This document shows, piece by piece, positions 27,382-38,237 of a stretch of 64,000 bases of DNA; positions within the stretch are counted from its first letter, which is position 1, and each line of letters starts with the position of its first letter. The position numbers were made by a program, and so were the translations under genes. The stretch covers positions 74,363-138,362 of the forward strand of contig JAPLYT010000011.1 of the NCBI GenBank assembly GCA_026395435.1. Direction: 5' to 3'. This stretch comes from Candidatus Saccharimonadota bacterium (GTDB taxonomy: Bacteria > Patescibacteriota > Saccharimonadia > Saccharimonadales > AWTP1-31). Below the pieces are notes generated by a model, which was not told the DNA's origin, made no database searches, and was given only the letters and a program-made list of their open reading frames with translations.

Positions 27382-29397
27382 TTAATCCTTTTTCCGTAAC
27401 TTAGCTCTGCTCGATGAATGTTCAGTCAACAATTCTTGTACATTAAACTTACGTCGTGGAGCCTGCTCAGCTCGATCTGCTTGTGGGTCATGTGCAATGC
27501 TTCCTGAAAGTTGGTCAACAAATTCTTGAGAAAACTCAATCGGTTTATCGATCACCTGACTGCCTTCGACAAATTTATCTGGCAGGACCGCTTTTAACTC
27601 TTGATTTTGGTGTCGAGCAGTAGTAGATAGGGGGGCATCGACGGTACGAGTCTTAAAACACGGCACTACCTGTCCGTTAGAAACAATTCGCACTAAACAC
27701 TCCCGGGGGTGTAGCTCGGTCATAATCTTGACCTTAATATCAGCTTCTTTTAGGCCCTTGGCGTGTTCAGCTTTGATTATTTCCTGCGGCAACTCGATAT
27801 TGAGGTTACCTTCTAACGCCCGAGCGTCTTCTTCAGATACTTTAAAGGCGTAATAGTTGTAAACGTTAGCAAAGATAGCATCCCGTAAGTCCTTATCTAC
27901 TTGGCCAAAATACTGCTGCGTTAAAATAACTGTGAGATTGAACTTTCGAGCTTCGGCCAGAATTTGAGACAAAGCAGGGTTTTGGACGATAGAAACTTCG
28001 TCAATAATCAAAATGACTTTCTGCTCGAAGGCCCGAGCCTGTGCCAGCAAAAAGATTTGCTGGATGAGTAATCCGGCGACAGTCTTTACAACCTTCTCGC
28101 CCATACTGACTTTGTTGAGCGAAAACACGGTCAAAAAATTATCTTGAATGGTCTTGGCAAGTGATGTTTCGCTCTCGCCCACGAGCGAAGGCTGCAACTG
28201 CATCTCGTCAACCATCGAAACAAGCGGTAAAATCGTTTCGTTATAGTACTGCGTTCGGATTTCGTTATAGTCGCCTCCAAAGAACTTGGTCACATTTGGC
28301 GGTACGAAACCTTCGACATGCTGCATTATCTGACCGCGATACTCGACTTCAGTTAAGAATCGTTTGAGGTTCTGGAGAGACATCGTTTGAGCAGTCATGA
28401 GAACAAATAAGCTAAACCTAAGAAGTCGATCAAGCCGAGGATTATATTGGTCCGTTAATAACGATTTAAAAAGCGTCGCAGTAAGTTCGGTTGCAGCCGT
28501 AAGATCAGTCCTGGCATCGGGGAATAACTCAGTGCTATCATCCTTGCCAAAGTTTATGACCTTAGAGTCGGCGATGTGATTAAAGTCTTCGGCGAGAGAT
28601 GCATGTGGGTCGATCACCACGACTCGGTAGTTCGTTTTTAGGGCTGTTGCTGATAAGCGGTCGACAATAAGACTTATCAGTTTGGACTTACCACTTCCGC
28701 TGGCGCCAACAATAAAGGAGTGTTTATCGAAATCGTAGGAAGTAAGTGGTAGGTAGTAGTTATTAGGACGGTATGGAAAGGTATCTACCTCAAACAAGGC
28801 ATTTACATTTTCGCTTTGCATTAAGTGTAAGGCTTTTTGGATATCGAGATATTTTGGCTGTTTCTTGCGGAGATATTTGGTGTTAGCGATGAAGTCGACG
28901 GCCAATAAATGCGATGGTAGCATAAATAACGTTTTACGAGCTACTGAGTATTGCCCTGCTTTATCCTTGAAAAAGCATTGTATCTTTACGTGTGCTTTTT
29001 CGACATTGATTGTCCGTATAGTAAATACGGCATATTCAAGTTCACGTCCTCGTTTGACCTGATATTTTTCTTTGATGTCTAAGATGTTGCCACCACCAAC
29101 ATACTGAATGAAACGTTCAACCGAAGCGGCTGTTGGTATTGAAATGTCCTCGAACGACGCAGGTCGTAAGACAACGCCTTCTAGATTGTTGGACAGCAGT
29201 CCGACATCTTTGCTGACCCCAATGTAATATCGAAGGGTGTTGTTTTCTATCGATAATATAAGTTTCCAGCTTTTAAGAAAGCCAATATATTGCGAAATGC
29301 CGAGTACAATAGCCGCCCAAGCTTTTGTATCGAGCTTGTCTTGAAGTAAATAGAGTTCAAACCAGTATTCATGACCCATGTAAGTCTTGCTTTGCAT
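27382..29397 (-). CDS. FtsK/HerA-superfamily P-loop ATPase with unknown ~225-aa N-terminal domain
   Basis: Walker A ([12 protein letters not shown]) is followed by [10 protein letters not shown], as in HerA/VirB4/TraG-type ATPases. Walker B is VILIIDEVS, and [13 protein letters not shown] is the typical post-Walker-B block. No clear TM helices. Confidence 0.7.
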   Translation of the reverse strand: MQSKTYMGHEYWFELYLLQDKLDTKAWAAIVLGISQYIGFLKSWKLILSIENNTLRYYIGVSKDVGLLSNNLEGVVLRPASFEDISIPTAASVERFIQYVGGGNILDIKEKYQVKRGRELEYAVFTIRTINVEKAHVKIQCFFKDKAGQYSVARKTLFMLPSHLLAVDFIANTKYLRKKQPKYLDIQKALHLMQSENVNALFEVDTFPYRPNNYYLPLTSYDFDKHSFIVGASGSGKSKLISLIVDRLSATALKTNYRVVVIDPHASLAEDFNHIADSKVINFGKDDSTELFPDARTDLTAATELTATLFKSLLTDQYNPRLDRLLRFSLFVLMTAQTMSLQNLKRFLTEVEYRGQIMQHVEGFVPPNVTKFFGGDYNEIRTQYYNETILPLVSMVDEMQLQPSLVGESETSLAKTIQDNFLTVFSLNKVSMGEKVVKTVAGLLIQQIFLLAQARAFEQKVILIIDEVSIVQNPALSQILAEARKFNLTVILTQQYFGQVDKDLRDAIFANVYNYYAFKVSEEDARALEGNLNIELPQEIIKAEHAKGLKEADIKVKIMTELHPRECLVRIVSNGQVVPCFKTRTVDAPLSTTARHQNQELKAVLPDKFVEGSQVIDKPIEFSQEFVDQLSGSIAHDPQADRAEQAPRRKFNVQELLTEHSSSRAKLRKKD

Positions 29398-29485
29398 AAT
29401 ACACAGTATACGGATAAGTACTTCTAAACGAAAGCTTTACAAAATCAAAACTCAGGACTAGCATAAACATAATGAGGTATTCCTA

Positions 29486-30679
29486 GTGCCACCTAAATTA
29501 GAAATAGAAGGTAAGATACATCGACCTGAAGCAGTTTTAGAATTCGATCAATCATCGCACCCCCAATTGAATGGGGGTGTTTTATTATCGCCAGACGAAG
29601 CATACGTGGAACAACAAGAAGCCGTATCAGACCTGCCTGATTATGATGTAACTGTCAGTAGACGAACGACACACAAAAATCTTGGCTCGACTGAATATGC
29701 AGACTTTAGTCTGGAATGTATTCGGTTTGATGACGGTGCAATTCGTCTACTAACTCGAGCACAGCCAAAAATATCATATTTTGGAGCACACGGCATAAGT
29801 CCATATGGTCTATCGGGGGGCGACGCATTATTCACTGGCCCAGACGGCATGAATGCAGAACTGATATACAATTATGCGAAACTTGGATTTCCCGTGGTCT
29901 GGCTGCATCACCAAGGTCGACATACTCCATGGCCGACAAATCCAGACAGACTTAAGACGCTCGCCCATTTCCTTTCTAGCAAAAGCGTCGGTAAGTCGGC
30001 CCACCATGATCATGCTATGCTCGATGATTTAGAACAAAAAGGTGCTGTAGATTTTGATACCTACGTTATGATTCGCGATGGATTTTCCAGGAGCGCCATG
30101 TCGGGAGAAGCATTTATCGCTCTTGCGGGTCTCAATAAACGAACGATCGTCCATAGTGATTTAACAGCCAAATGCTTTGCGCTTTACCCAGGATTAAAGA
30201 ACATGATAGAACTCGCTACCATCCAGGGGCCAGAAGAAATAAAGGGGCTCGGACGGGTTGCCTGCAATCTTTTCCAACGAGAACGAGCAGGAGAAAAAGG
30301 AATACTCAAAAAGTATCTGGGAACGTTTGATCCACATATCCTGAATATTCTCCATGAATTAGCATGGATTCCACCGCTCATCAATGGCGATAATGGGGTG
30401 TACTCAAAAGCCATACCACTTGATACTGCAGGGGTTCGGGGATTTTTGTCGAAAGATACGATGTCTCAATACGAGGAACACGAAATCATCCATGCCAATC
30501 ATCCTAACCTTGCTCTCATTGTTGAAGATGGCGCCCATGTTGACGGAGCTATCGTCCAGCAAAAAATTAAAAGATACGCCAGAGTCATGCGGTTCTTACA
30601 GGAACATGACATGTCTATCCTTGGTATGCGGCCAGAAGATTATCTTGATAATTATGGTGAATTCGAACTTGCCAGTTAG
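29486..30679 (+). CDS. Hypothetical 397-aa protein, possible alpha/beta-hydrolase fold
   Basis: GTG start 8 nt after GAGG. There is a candidate nucleophile elbow (DGFSRSA) and a C-terminal EDGAHVDG. The assignment is weak. Confidence 0.45.
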   Translation: MPPKLEIEGKIHRPEAVLEFDQSSHPQLNGGVLLSPDEAYVEQQEAVSDLPDYDVTVSRRTTHKNLGSTEYADFSLECIRFDDGAIRLLTRAQPKISYFGAHGISPYGLSGGDALFTGPDGMNAELIYNYAKLGFPVVWLHHQGRHTPWPTNPDRLKTLAHFLSSKSVGKSAHHDHAMLDDLEQKGAVDFDTYVMIRDGFSRSAMSGEAFIALAGLNKRTIVHSDLTAKCFALYPGLKNMIELATIQGPEEIKGLGRVACNLFQRERAGEKGILKKYLGTFDPHILNILHELAWIPPLINGDNGVYSKAIPLDTAGVRGFLSKDTMSQYEEHEIIHANHPNLALIVEDGAHVDGAIVQQKIKRYARVMRFLQEHDMSILGMRPEDYLDNYGEFELAS

Positions 30680-30686
30680 AAGAAAT

Positions 30687-32651
30687 CTATAGTTTTGACT
30701 TAATATCATCGATGATATCGCGTAGTTCGGCTGCTTTCTCAAACTCGAGGTTCGCAGCAGCCAAATCCATTTGGCCAGATAATTCTTTGATAAGATTTTT
30801 ATATTCGTCTTTTGGAATTTTCTTGAGATTGAGTTTCGCCGTTTTAGCATCTTCGGGCAGGTCAGCACGCATCCCCTTCTCAACAAGTTTGGAGATCCCC
30901 TCAGGAGTAATGCCGTGTTCGGTATTGTAGGCCTCTTGGATACCACGGCGGCGATCAGTTTCGTTGATAGTGTAGCGCATACTGTCAGTCACTTTGTCGG
31001 CATACATGATAACGCGACCTTCCAAGTGCCGGGCTGCACGACCTACGGTTTGCACAAGTGCCTGTTTACTACGCAAGAATCCCTCTTTGTCAGCGTCTAG
31101 AATCGCTACTAAACTGACCTCAGGTAGATCAAGCCCTTCTCGAAGCAAGTTGATACCAACCACCACGTCGTAGACGCCAAGACGAAGATCTTTAAGAATG
31201 TCGAGTCGATCGAGGGTATCGACATCACTATGGAGATAGGCGACCTTGATATCGAGCTCTTTGAGGTATTCAGTAAGGTCTTCACTCATTCGCTTGGTGA
31301 GTGTCGTCACAAGTACCCGTTGATGCTTGGAGGTGGTTGCTCGAATCTCGGCAATAAGATCATCTACTTGTCCTGCCACAGGCCTAACTTCTATCGGAGG
31401 GTCAAGCAGGCCGGTTGGCCGAATAACTTGCTGGACAGGCTCGGGACTATGACTAAGCTCATATTCTGCAGGTGTAGCACTCACATATATAACTTGGTTG
31501 ATATGTCGCTCAAATTCGGTAAAGGTCAGAGGTCGGTTATCGAGCGCACTTGGCAGTCGGAAACCATGTTCGACGAGTACTTCTTTGCGTGCTCGGTCGC
31601 CGTTATACATGCCACGAACTTGAGGTAGTGTCATATGGGACTCATCGACAAACATCAGAAAATCGTCGGGATAATAATCGAGAAGTGTTGCTGGCTGCTC
31701 ACCCGGCTCTCTGTTTGTCAGATATCGGCTATAGTTTTCAATTCCTTTTACAAAACCAGTTTCTTGCATCATCTCGAGATCAAAATTTGTTCGCTGTTGT
31801 AGGCGCTGAGCCTCAAGATGGAGACTGTTTTTCTTGTAGTGTTTAAGCCGTTCATCGAGCTCATGCTGGATACTACCAATAGCAATCTTCAGTTTATCGT
31901 ACGGCGTGACATAATGTGAACTTGGGAAAATCTTGAGAGCTGGGAGTGATTTCTCTATTTCGCCAGTCAGTGGATTAATCCTTGTGATCCTTTCGATCTC
32001 ATCGCCGAAAAATTCAATCCGGTAGGCGACTTCTTCTCCGGCTGGAAATACATCTACCACATCCCCACGCACCCGGAAGGTACCACGGTGAAAATCTATA
32101 TCGTTCCGTTGATATTGGATATCGGTGAGTTGACGGAGAAGTTTATCTCGTACTCGTCGCTCGCCAGTAGTAAGAGTTACTGCCAGCCCATCATAGTCCT
32201 CTACAGAACCAATACCATAGATGCAGCTCACGCTAGCCACAATAATCACATCTTTCCGTGATAGAAGTGAATCGGTGGCTGCGTGACGTAGCCGATCGAT
32301 CTCTTCGTTTATCTGACTATCTTTTTCGATATAGGTGTCACTGCGGGCAATATAAGCTTCTGGCTGATAGTAATCGAAGTAGCTTACAAAATAATGGACA
32401 GCATTATTCGGGAAAAATCGTCTGAATTCTTCGCACAGCTGAGCTGCTAAGGTCTTGTTATGACTTAACACGAGCGTTGGCTTCTGGACATTTTGGATGA
32501 TGTTAGCCATGGTAAATGTTTTACCTGAGCCCGTTACTCCTAAAAGGGTTTGTTCTTTTTCGCCACGAATGAGGCCGTCGGTAAGCGCGGCAATGGCGCC
32601 TGGTTGATCACCTGCGGGTTTATATTTGCTCTGAATTTCAAACGATGCCAC
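30687..32651 (-). CDS. uvrB: Excinuclease ABC subunit B
   Basis: GVTGSGKT Walker [11 protein letters not shown], a helicase C-terminal domain and a C-terminal UVR motif ([11 protein letters not shown]). Confidence 0.95.
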   Translation of the reverse strand: MASFEIQSKYKPAGDQPGAIAALTDGLIRGEKEQTLLGVTGSGKTFTMANIIQNVQKPTLVLSHNKTLAAQLCEEFRRFFPNNAVHYFVSYFDYYQPEAYIARSDTYIEKDSQINEEIDRLRHAATDSLLSRKDVIIVASVSCIYGIGSVEDYDGLAVTLTTGERRVRDKLLRQLTDIQYQRNDIDFHRGTFRVRGDVVDVFPAGEEVAYRIEFFGDEIERITRINPLTGEIEKSLPALKIFPSSHYVTPYDKLKIAIGSIQHELDERLKHYKKNSLHLEAQRLQQRTNFDLEMMQETGFVKGIENYSRYLTNREPGEQPATLLDYYPDDFLMFVDESHMTLPQVRGMYNGDRARKEVLVEHGFRLPSALDNRPLTFTEFERHINQVIYVSATPAEYELSHSPEPVQQVIRPTGLLDPPIEVRPVAGQVDDLIAEIRATTSKHQRVLVTTLTKRMSEDLTEYLKELDIKVAYLHSDVDTLDRLDILKDLRLGVYDVVVGINLLREGLDLPEVSLVAILDADKEGFLRSKQALVQTVGRAARHLEGRVIMYADKVTDSMRYTINETDRRRGIQEAYNTEHGITPEGISKLVEKGMRADLPEDAKTAKLNLKKIPKDEYKNLIKELSGQMDLAAANLEFEKAAELRDIIDDIKSKL

Positions 32652-32700
32652 CTGATAAGTATAAAGGTTAACTCGACATACACATAATTACCACGCCCGA

Positions 32701-33264
32701 TTATTTGTAGAGCTTGGCGTATTTTTTGTGATGTTCATCAAGGACTGTAATGAGTTGCTGAAGAACGGCGTGAGCGGTGTCGCCGAAAAAGACATTATCG
32801 CCCGGTTCTCGCCCTGCGGCTTTAAGAATATCCATGATCTCATCGCTGATTCCCCCGGCCCCGTGAATAAAACCTATTGGGGTGTTTGTCTCAAGCGCTA
32901 TGGTAAATTCATGAAGGGTTCCGATCCGCCCGCCAATACTGATAACCGCATCACTTGAATTAATGAGTAGCGTATCTCGGCCAATATAATGAAGCCCGGA
33001 ATATAGGATTGAATCATATGCTTCTGTTGGAAGACGATACTTCATGACATGCTCAATTTTACTTGCCGCTGGGCTGATCCCGAGACTCATAGCTCCTTTA
33101 TTCGATTTGTAACTTTCGGCTGCAACATTCGGCAGACCAACTGTTGCACCCGTCATTAAACCGTGGCCGGCAAGTGCAATAGACTTACCTGCTGCAGCTG
33201 CCAATTCGCGCCCTTCTTCGACGCTGATGCCTCTCGCGGCTGCAGACACGCAAATTTGATACAT
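32701..33264 (-). CDS. LOG/TIGR00725-like Rossmann-fold protein (possible nucleotide N-glycosidase)
   Basis: GGRIGTLHEF matches the LOG-family PGGxGTxxE motif, and there is an N-terminal glycine-rich region. The start overlaps the upstream stop (TAATG at 33262..33266). Confidence 0.65.
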   Translation of the reverse strand: MYQICVSAAARGISVEEGRELAAAAGKSIALAGHGLMTGATVGLPNVAAESYKSNKGAMSLGISPAASKIEHVMKYRLPTEAYDSILYSGLHYIGRDTLLINSSDAVISIGGRIGTLHEFTIALETNTPIGFIHGAGGISDEIMDILKAAGREPGDNVFFGDTAHAVLQQLITVLDEHHKKYAKLYK

Positions 33265-34502
33265 TAGGCACGTACCTCATCGTCGATAGAGGTGTTTTGG
33301 TCGTTGAGTTGTTCGATAACAATTGATTCGATCGACTCTTGGCCCATATACCTCAAGTAAATCTCATTCCACAAGCTTTCTCGAAAGTGACCCACCGATT
33401 GGCTGCCGTATTCGAGCCCATTACAATAATTAACTGCATTATCCATAAGATTGAGCGATACCGGAAGTTCACTATTGGTCCCCACATAATCGAGGTCTTC
33501 CCAGAATTTTAAGGCTGGTTCAAACGTATACAGGATATCTTCGGCCTTACGCCACGATAAGTCTTCAAGTTGTACGTGCGGCTCAAACAATTCTGGATGT
33601 TCACCCGCGGTTTTAGATGCAAAATGTCGTTGTAATACCCGCCAGTGAATATCCTGCCCTGATACTTTCACTGAACTTTTAGGATCGTCCAAAATTGAAC
33701 GAATTATCACCTCACTGAAATTCGGTAGAACCTGTTGAAGTTTGAAGAATGAGCTATAGGAACGTATCTCGTTGATGTAATGAATGGCCAGTGGCATGAC
33801 CGTAATCACGACGCCTCTCAGACGACGAACTGGTAGCGGAAGTATCATCACAACACCAAGTTCTTTGAGGTGCGTGATGTTATGCCGTTGCGCACGACAC
33901 ATGGCATCTGCAGCTGCCCCCCACTTCTCACGCTTAAGAAATAGTATTTCGATATCTCGAATTTCAAAATCACTTGGTCGGAGTTTTTTATACGATTTAA
34001 CCAGCCTTCGTTGCCAGGCCTCGGTTTCCATGAAGCGAACGGCAGTGAATATCTCAGCGATATTCTCACGCTTGAGCATAGAATCAACCGATTTATAATG
34101 GAGTACGTCCATAACTTTTTTGGGCGGCAGTGTTTTTAGAAGTTTCTTGGCTACGCTATGTTTAATGACCCAACATGATTTCGGCATTCGCAGCTTTTTG
34201 AGCGCTTTAGCGATGGCTTTTAGTTGGTCATCTAAGTCGGCAGTAGACTCAGTTCCAATAGCTTTTGCTAAGTACTGATCATGTAGTTTTACGATTCCTT
34301 GCAGGGCATGATAGAGCTCTTTGTCTGTAGTGTCAGTAGGGTCAAGGCCACATTCTCGAATTTTTTGGCGTACTCGAACTGAAATATCGGCGATAAGTCG
34401 AACATCTACCGATTGATGACCACTTGCTTTCTCCAGGTTACTGAGCGCCATGGTGAACATGGGTTCTTCGGCATGTAGTAATTGAGACAGAACATTTGAC
34501 AT
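33264..34502 (-). CDS. Hypothetical 412-aa cytoplasmic protein
   Basis: Long uninterrupted ORF in operon position between the PfkB kinase and the LOG-like gene. No motif I recognise. Confidence 0.55.
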   Translation of the reverse strand: MSNVLSQLLHAEEPMFTMALSNLEKASGHQSVDVRLIADISVRVRQKIRECGLDPTDTTDKELYHALQGIVKLHDQYLAKAIGTESTADLDDQLKAIAKALKKLRMPKSCWVIKHSVAKKLLKTLPPKKVMDVLHYKSVDSMLKRENIAEIFTAVRFMETEAWQRRLVKSYKKLRPSDFEIRDIEILFLKREKWGAAADAMCRAQRHNITHLKELGVVMILPLPVRRLRGVVITVMPLAIHYINEIRSYSSFFKLQQVLPNFSEVIIRSILDDPKSSVKVSGQDIHWRVLQRHFASKTAGEHPELFEPHVQLEDLSWRKAEDILYTFEPALKFWEDLDYVGTNSELPVSLNLMDNAVNYCNGLEYGSQSVGHFRESLWNEIYLRYMGQESIESIVIEQLNDQNTSIDDEVRA

Positions 34503-34517
34503 AAATTTTTCTTGATA

Positions 34518-35525
34518 TTAGGTTAACGGTTTTGCACGATATGTTTTTGGCGACTGTTTGAGTAGATTATTGAGCTGTGCTTGCGTGAGAAGACCTTTTT
34601 GGGCGCCAACATGCTGTACGACACTCATAGAGTTGATTGGCCCCCACTGCAGGGCTCCCTCAATATCGCTTCCATGGATCAGGGCAGCCACAAATGTCGA
34701 AGTGAACGCATCACCTGCCCCTGTTCGCTCATAAGGAGGTGACGGATCGGGATAGATCGGCATCGCTAAACGTCGTACTCCATCCGAAGCGTATGCTCCG
34801 TCAGGTCCATCGCTGATGACAACGATTTTTGGACCGAGCGCGTGAAGTTTATCAAAAAGTCCATTAATGTCTTTATAATCTCCACCTGTCACTAGTACTG
34901 CTTCTTCTCGATTAACAGCTAGCACTTCTGTCTGAGCATATAATTTCGCTAGGCGCCTTGCACCCATTTCGATCTGGAACGTTCCGGGCTGGAATGCGAG
35001 TTTAACCTCACTGTGACGTTCCAGCCAATCGGCAAGTTCATCATGAAATTTTTCCGCATTTTTGCTTATTGAGCTAAAGTATATCCATTTCGGCATTTCA
35101 TCGGGACGAAGATGTGGCCAATGATACGTATAATCTTCGTGTTTGATGAGGATAGTTCGTTCATCCTTGTACCAGAGTACATAGTGATAATTACTTATTT
35201 TGCCTGGATTAATTTTCATTAATCGAGTATCGACTTTGTTTTTATCAAGGGCTAAAAGTATATCACGCCCAAATTGATCGCCACCGACATTGGCATGAAG
35301 GGCGCTTTTAAGCCCGAGTCTCGCGAAGCTAACGCTTGCATTAGCCGCATTTCCGACAGCTTCCAGTACTTCAACATGATCAAACGGGATCTTGACTCCG
35401 AAAGGCATCGTTATCCATTTACCGTTATCATCTTTCGTGACTTTAGCTTGATCGTCAATGAGCTTAATAAAGGCATCTGTGACGATATCCCCAACCGATA
35501 ATACATCAATTCCCATGGCCACCAC
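34518..35525 (-). CDS. PfkB/ribokinase-family sugar(-phosphate) kinase
   Basis: C-terminal TGAGDAFTSTF anion-hole/catalytic motif and an N-terminal GDIVTD region. Confidence 0.85.
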   Translation of the reverse strand: MVAMGIDVLSVGDIVTDAFIKLIDDQAKVTKDDNGKWITMPFGVKIPFDHVEVLEAVGNAANASVSFARLGLKSALHANVGGDQFGRDILLALDKNKVDTRLMKINPGKISNYHYVLWYKDERTILIKHEDYTYHWPHLRPDEMPKWIYFSSISKNAEKFHDELADWLERHSEVKLAFQPGTFQIEMGARRLAKLYAQTEVLAVNREEAVLVTGGDYKDINGLFDKLHALGPKIVVISDGPDGAYASDGVRRLAMPIYPDPSPPYERTGAGDAFTSTFVAALIHGSDIEGALQWGPINSMSVVQHVGAQKGLLTQAQLNNLLKQSPKTYRAKPLT

Positions 35526-35593
35526 TTTCTTAAATTGTATATGCTTAGTATGTCACAAGCATAACTTTACACGCAAGTGCAGGAGACACTTTA

Positions 35594-36514
35594 TTAACGA
35601 ATTGACGGCTTGGCCATGCCAGTCGCCCCAAAAGAGTCTATCTTGCTTTCGACAACTTCTTGTACGGCGTCGATCACCTTATCCATAAGTTTAATCACGG
35701 CAAATTCAGTTTTGTTTTCTTTAAGCTGTTGTTCAAGGGTCGTCCGATACGCAACACGCATATCCGAATTGATATTTATTTTACCCACACCAATTTTGAC
35801 TGCGTCTTCAAAGTAATGTCCAGGTGTCCCGCTCCCTCCGTGAAGGCTAATATTACAGTCGATGGCATTACGAACTTCCTGCAAGAGTCTGAGATCGAGG
35901 CGTTTTGGTACTGGATAGCTGCCGTGCAGATTTCCAATAGCGGCTGCATAGGTGTCGATCCCGGTGGCTTCGACGAATGCTCGAGCTCCTTCGGGCGTAC
36001 TAAAGGTTTTTTTAATCTCGGCGTAGTCGAAAGCTTTCGTAAAGCGATTAGAGCCACCACCAAAGTAGTGAGGTTCACTCTCTACCAGTGCACCAGTTTT
36101 CTTGGCGTAGGCCACCACCTCCTTAGTGCAATTAATGATATCTTCTTCCGTAGCGTCATGATTAGCTTGTGAGATATCGATATGAATAAACTCAAAACCG
36201 GCATCTATACCTGCTTTTGCTGCTTCTACGCTTGGCGAATGGTCAAGGTTGATATACATCTCGACACCAAATTCGGCTTTGTAGTTATCGACCATATCGC
36301 GGACGTTTTCAAGTCCAAGCAGTTCTACTTCTCCATGACTAATTTCTACTAGTACCGGTGCATTCTTTTTTACGGCAGCTTTGGTGACCGCAATGAGAGT
36401 TTCTTGGTTATCGAGATTGAAAGCCCCCAGCGCATACTGCCCCTCCCTTGCTCTCGCTAACGCCGATCGAGCATCTTTACAGTCTTGGCGCATAGATTCA
36501 ATTGATTTTGACAC
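35594..36514 (-). CDS. fba: Class II fructose-bisphosphate aldolase
   Basis: INLDHS, ISLHGGSGTP and KININSD blocks typical of the class II FBA/tagatose-BP aldolase family. Confidence 0.88.
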   Translation of the reverse strand: MSKSIESMRQDCKDARSALARAREGQYALGAFNLDNQETLIAVTKAAVKKNAPVLVEISHGEVELLGLENVRDMVDNYKAEFGVEMYINLDHSPSVEAAKAGIDAGFEFIHIDISQANHDATEEDIINCTKEVVAYAKKTGALVESEPHYFGGGSNRFTKAFDYAEIKKTFSTPEGARAFVEATGIDTYAAAIGNLHGSYPVPKRLDLRLLQEVRNAIDCNISLHGGSGTPGHYFEDAVKIGVGKININSDMRVAYRTTLEQQLKENKTEFAVIKLMDKVIDAVQEVVESKIDSFGATGMAKPSIR

Positions 36515-36608
36515 GGGGCAAACTCCCTCTGATTACTGTTCTTATGGTTAAAATATACCATAGATTCGAAAACAGAAGCATAATGGGGTATTATAGAATT
36601 ATTACGGT

Positions 36609-37232
36609 ATGAATAATTTCCTAGAAAAAACAAAAAACGTAGTATTGTGGCTTACACCGTCTGGTGTTGAGATAGCTTTTTATATATTCCTCACGTTCGC
36701 TTCTTTCGTACTCAGCAGCTTTGATTTAGTGAAAAGTTCATTGTCGGTAACGGGTGATTTCAACCCCATACGCTCAGGTATTGGAGTGGTGGACTCCCTA
36801 TTACAGCATTTTGTGGGCGAGAAAGTCGCAGGGTCACTGTCGCTGGCGATTTTTTGGGGTCTTATAGGGCTTACGGTGAATGTGATCTGGTGGCTTGGTT
36901 CCAATTTTTCAACAGAACTCAATAACGATCTGGTGTTTAGTAAATATGTTCATCCTAAAGATACCGACCCTCGTGAACAACTTCGTGTCTTTGCAATTCG
37001 AACAGTTATTCGTACCATTGTGGCAATTTCAGGCATCCTATATTTGAACTTCTTTTTAAGTGATGGGCTGCCTCGGCTCAGCACGAGGTATGCGGCAGTT
37101 ATTGGGAGTTGGTCAAATAGCCAACAGTATTTGCTAGCTACTACAACAATCCTATTCCAAATTCTTATGCTTCATATTTTTATCGTACTTATACGACTCA
37201 TACTTCTCCGCAAAAAAGCTTTCGACAGCTAA
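36609..37232 (+). CDS. Integral membrane protein (about 4 TM helices), unknown function
   Basis: 207-aa ORF with four long hydrophobic segments. It is the only plus-strand gene in this block. Confidence 0.5.
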   Translation: MNNFLEKTKNVVLWLTPSGVEIAFYIFLTFASFVLSSFDLVKSSLSVTGDFNPIRSGIGVVDSLLQHFVGEKVAGSLSLAIFWGLIGLTVNVIWWLGSNFSTELNNDLVFSKYVHPKDTDPREQLRVFAIRTVIRTIVAISGILYLNFFLSDGLPRLSTRYAAVIGSWSNSQQYLLATTTILFQILMLHIFIVLIRLILLRKKAFDS

Positions 37233-37259
37233 CACCAATAAGCTCTACAAGAGCCGGCC

Positions 37260-38237
37260 CTACTCGCTGACCATGTGCGTCGCATGGAGTATGATTTGTT
37301 TTGCAGTTAGCCCAAAATGCTCAAGCAATTCATCGGGTTTACCTGATTCCCCGAAGTGATCTTTCATCCCCAAACGAACAATGCGAGTCGGTTGATATTC
37401 TCCGAGTAGTTCAGCGACGGCTCCACCAAGCCCACCAATTATCTGCGCTTCTTCAATAGTAATAACGTGTTTCGTCTTTTTGGCGCTGGCGAGAATTGTG
37501 GTCGTGTCGAGTGGTTTAATGGTCGGTACATGGACAACTTCAGCGGAGATGCCATCTTTCTTCAACTTTTCAGCAGCGACAAGCGCTTGGTATGTCATAG
37601 TCCCGGTTGATATGATCGTGATATCTGTCCCGGGATGGTAAATATAAGCACGACCAATCTCGAACGGTGTGTCTGCAGTCGTAATAATTGGTGTCGCTTC
37701 TCGGGCTAGCCGTAAATATGATGGTCTAGAGTCCTCAGCGAGAGCCTGTGTGGCGCGTTCTGCTTCTAAACTATCTCCTGGAACTATGACGACCATATTG
37801 GGCAATACCCGCATAATTGCGATATCCTCGAGCATTTGATGCGTTGCTCCATCAGGCCCTACAGAAATTCCGGCATGTGACCCCACGACGTTCACCGGAC
37901 GGTCGTTCAAGCAAATTGTGGTTCGTATTTGTTCCCAGTTTCGGCCAGGACTGAAAGCAGCATAACTACTGACAAACGGGATTTTCCCCATAGCGGCCAT
38001 ACCGGACGCGACAGTCACCAGGTTCTGTTCGGCAATGCCGATTTCGACAAAACGTTCAGGAAATTCAGCTTTAAAAAGATGCATTTGAGTTGAGGTGGTT
38101 AGGTCTGCGCAGGCAGCGACAACGTCTTTGTTAGCTTTTCCGGCGAGCACCAGACCTCGCCCAAAACCCGTTCTGATCGGTTCAGTCTTAAGATCTTTCC
38201 CGATAATGTTTGCTAGTTTAAGATCACTCATGTTCAC
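37260..38237 (-). CDS. tkt: Transketolase, C-terminal (pyrimidine-binding) subunit
   Basis: FVEIGIAEQNLV and GATHQMLEDIA motifs. Overlaps the N-terminal subunit gene by 14 nt. Confidence 0.92.
   Translation of the reverse strand: MNMSDLKLANIIGKDLKTEPIRTGFGRGLVLAGKANKDVVAACADLTTSTQMHLFKAEFPERFVEIGIAEQNLVTVASGMAAMGKIPFVSSYAAFSPGRNWEQIRTTICLNDRPVNVVGSHAGISVGPDGATHQMLEDIAIMRVLPNMVVIVPGDSLEAERATQALAEDSRPSYLRLAREATPIITTADTPFEIGRAYIYHPGTDITIISTGTMTYQALVAAEKLKKDGISAEVVHVPTIKPLDTTTILASAKKTKHVITIEEAQIIGGLGGAVAELLGEYQPTRIVRLGMKDHFGESGKPDELLEHFGLTAKQIILHATHMVSE

Noticed and set aside
27382-29397. Calling the 671-aa ATPase a conjugative coupling protein (VirD4/TraG), VirB4, or a phage terminase
   Set aside because: It lacks the N-terminal TM helices expected of coupling proteins. 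No relaxase, VirB-type, pilin or phage genes lie nearby, and the flanking genes are gatCAB and uvrB. The superfamily assignment is kept, but the specific function is left open.
35660-36172. 170-aa plus-strand ORF
   Set aside because: It is antisense to the class II aldolase gene and is a shadow ORF.
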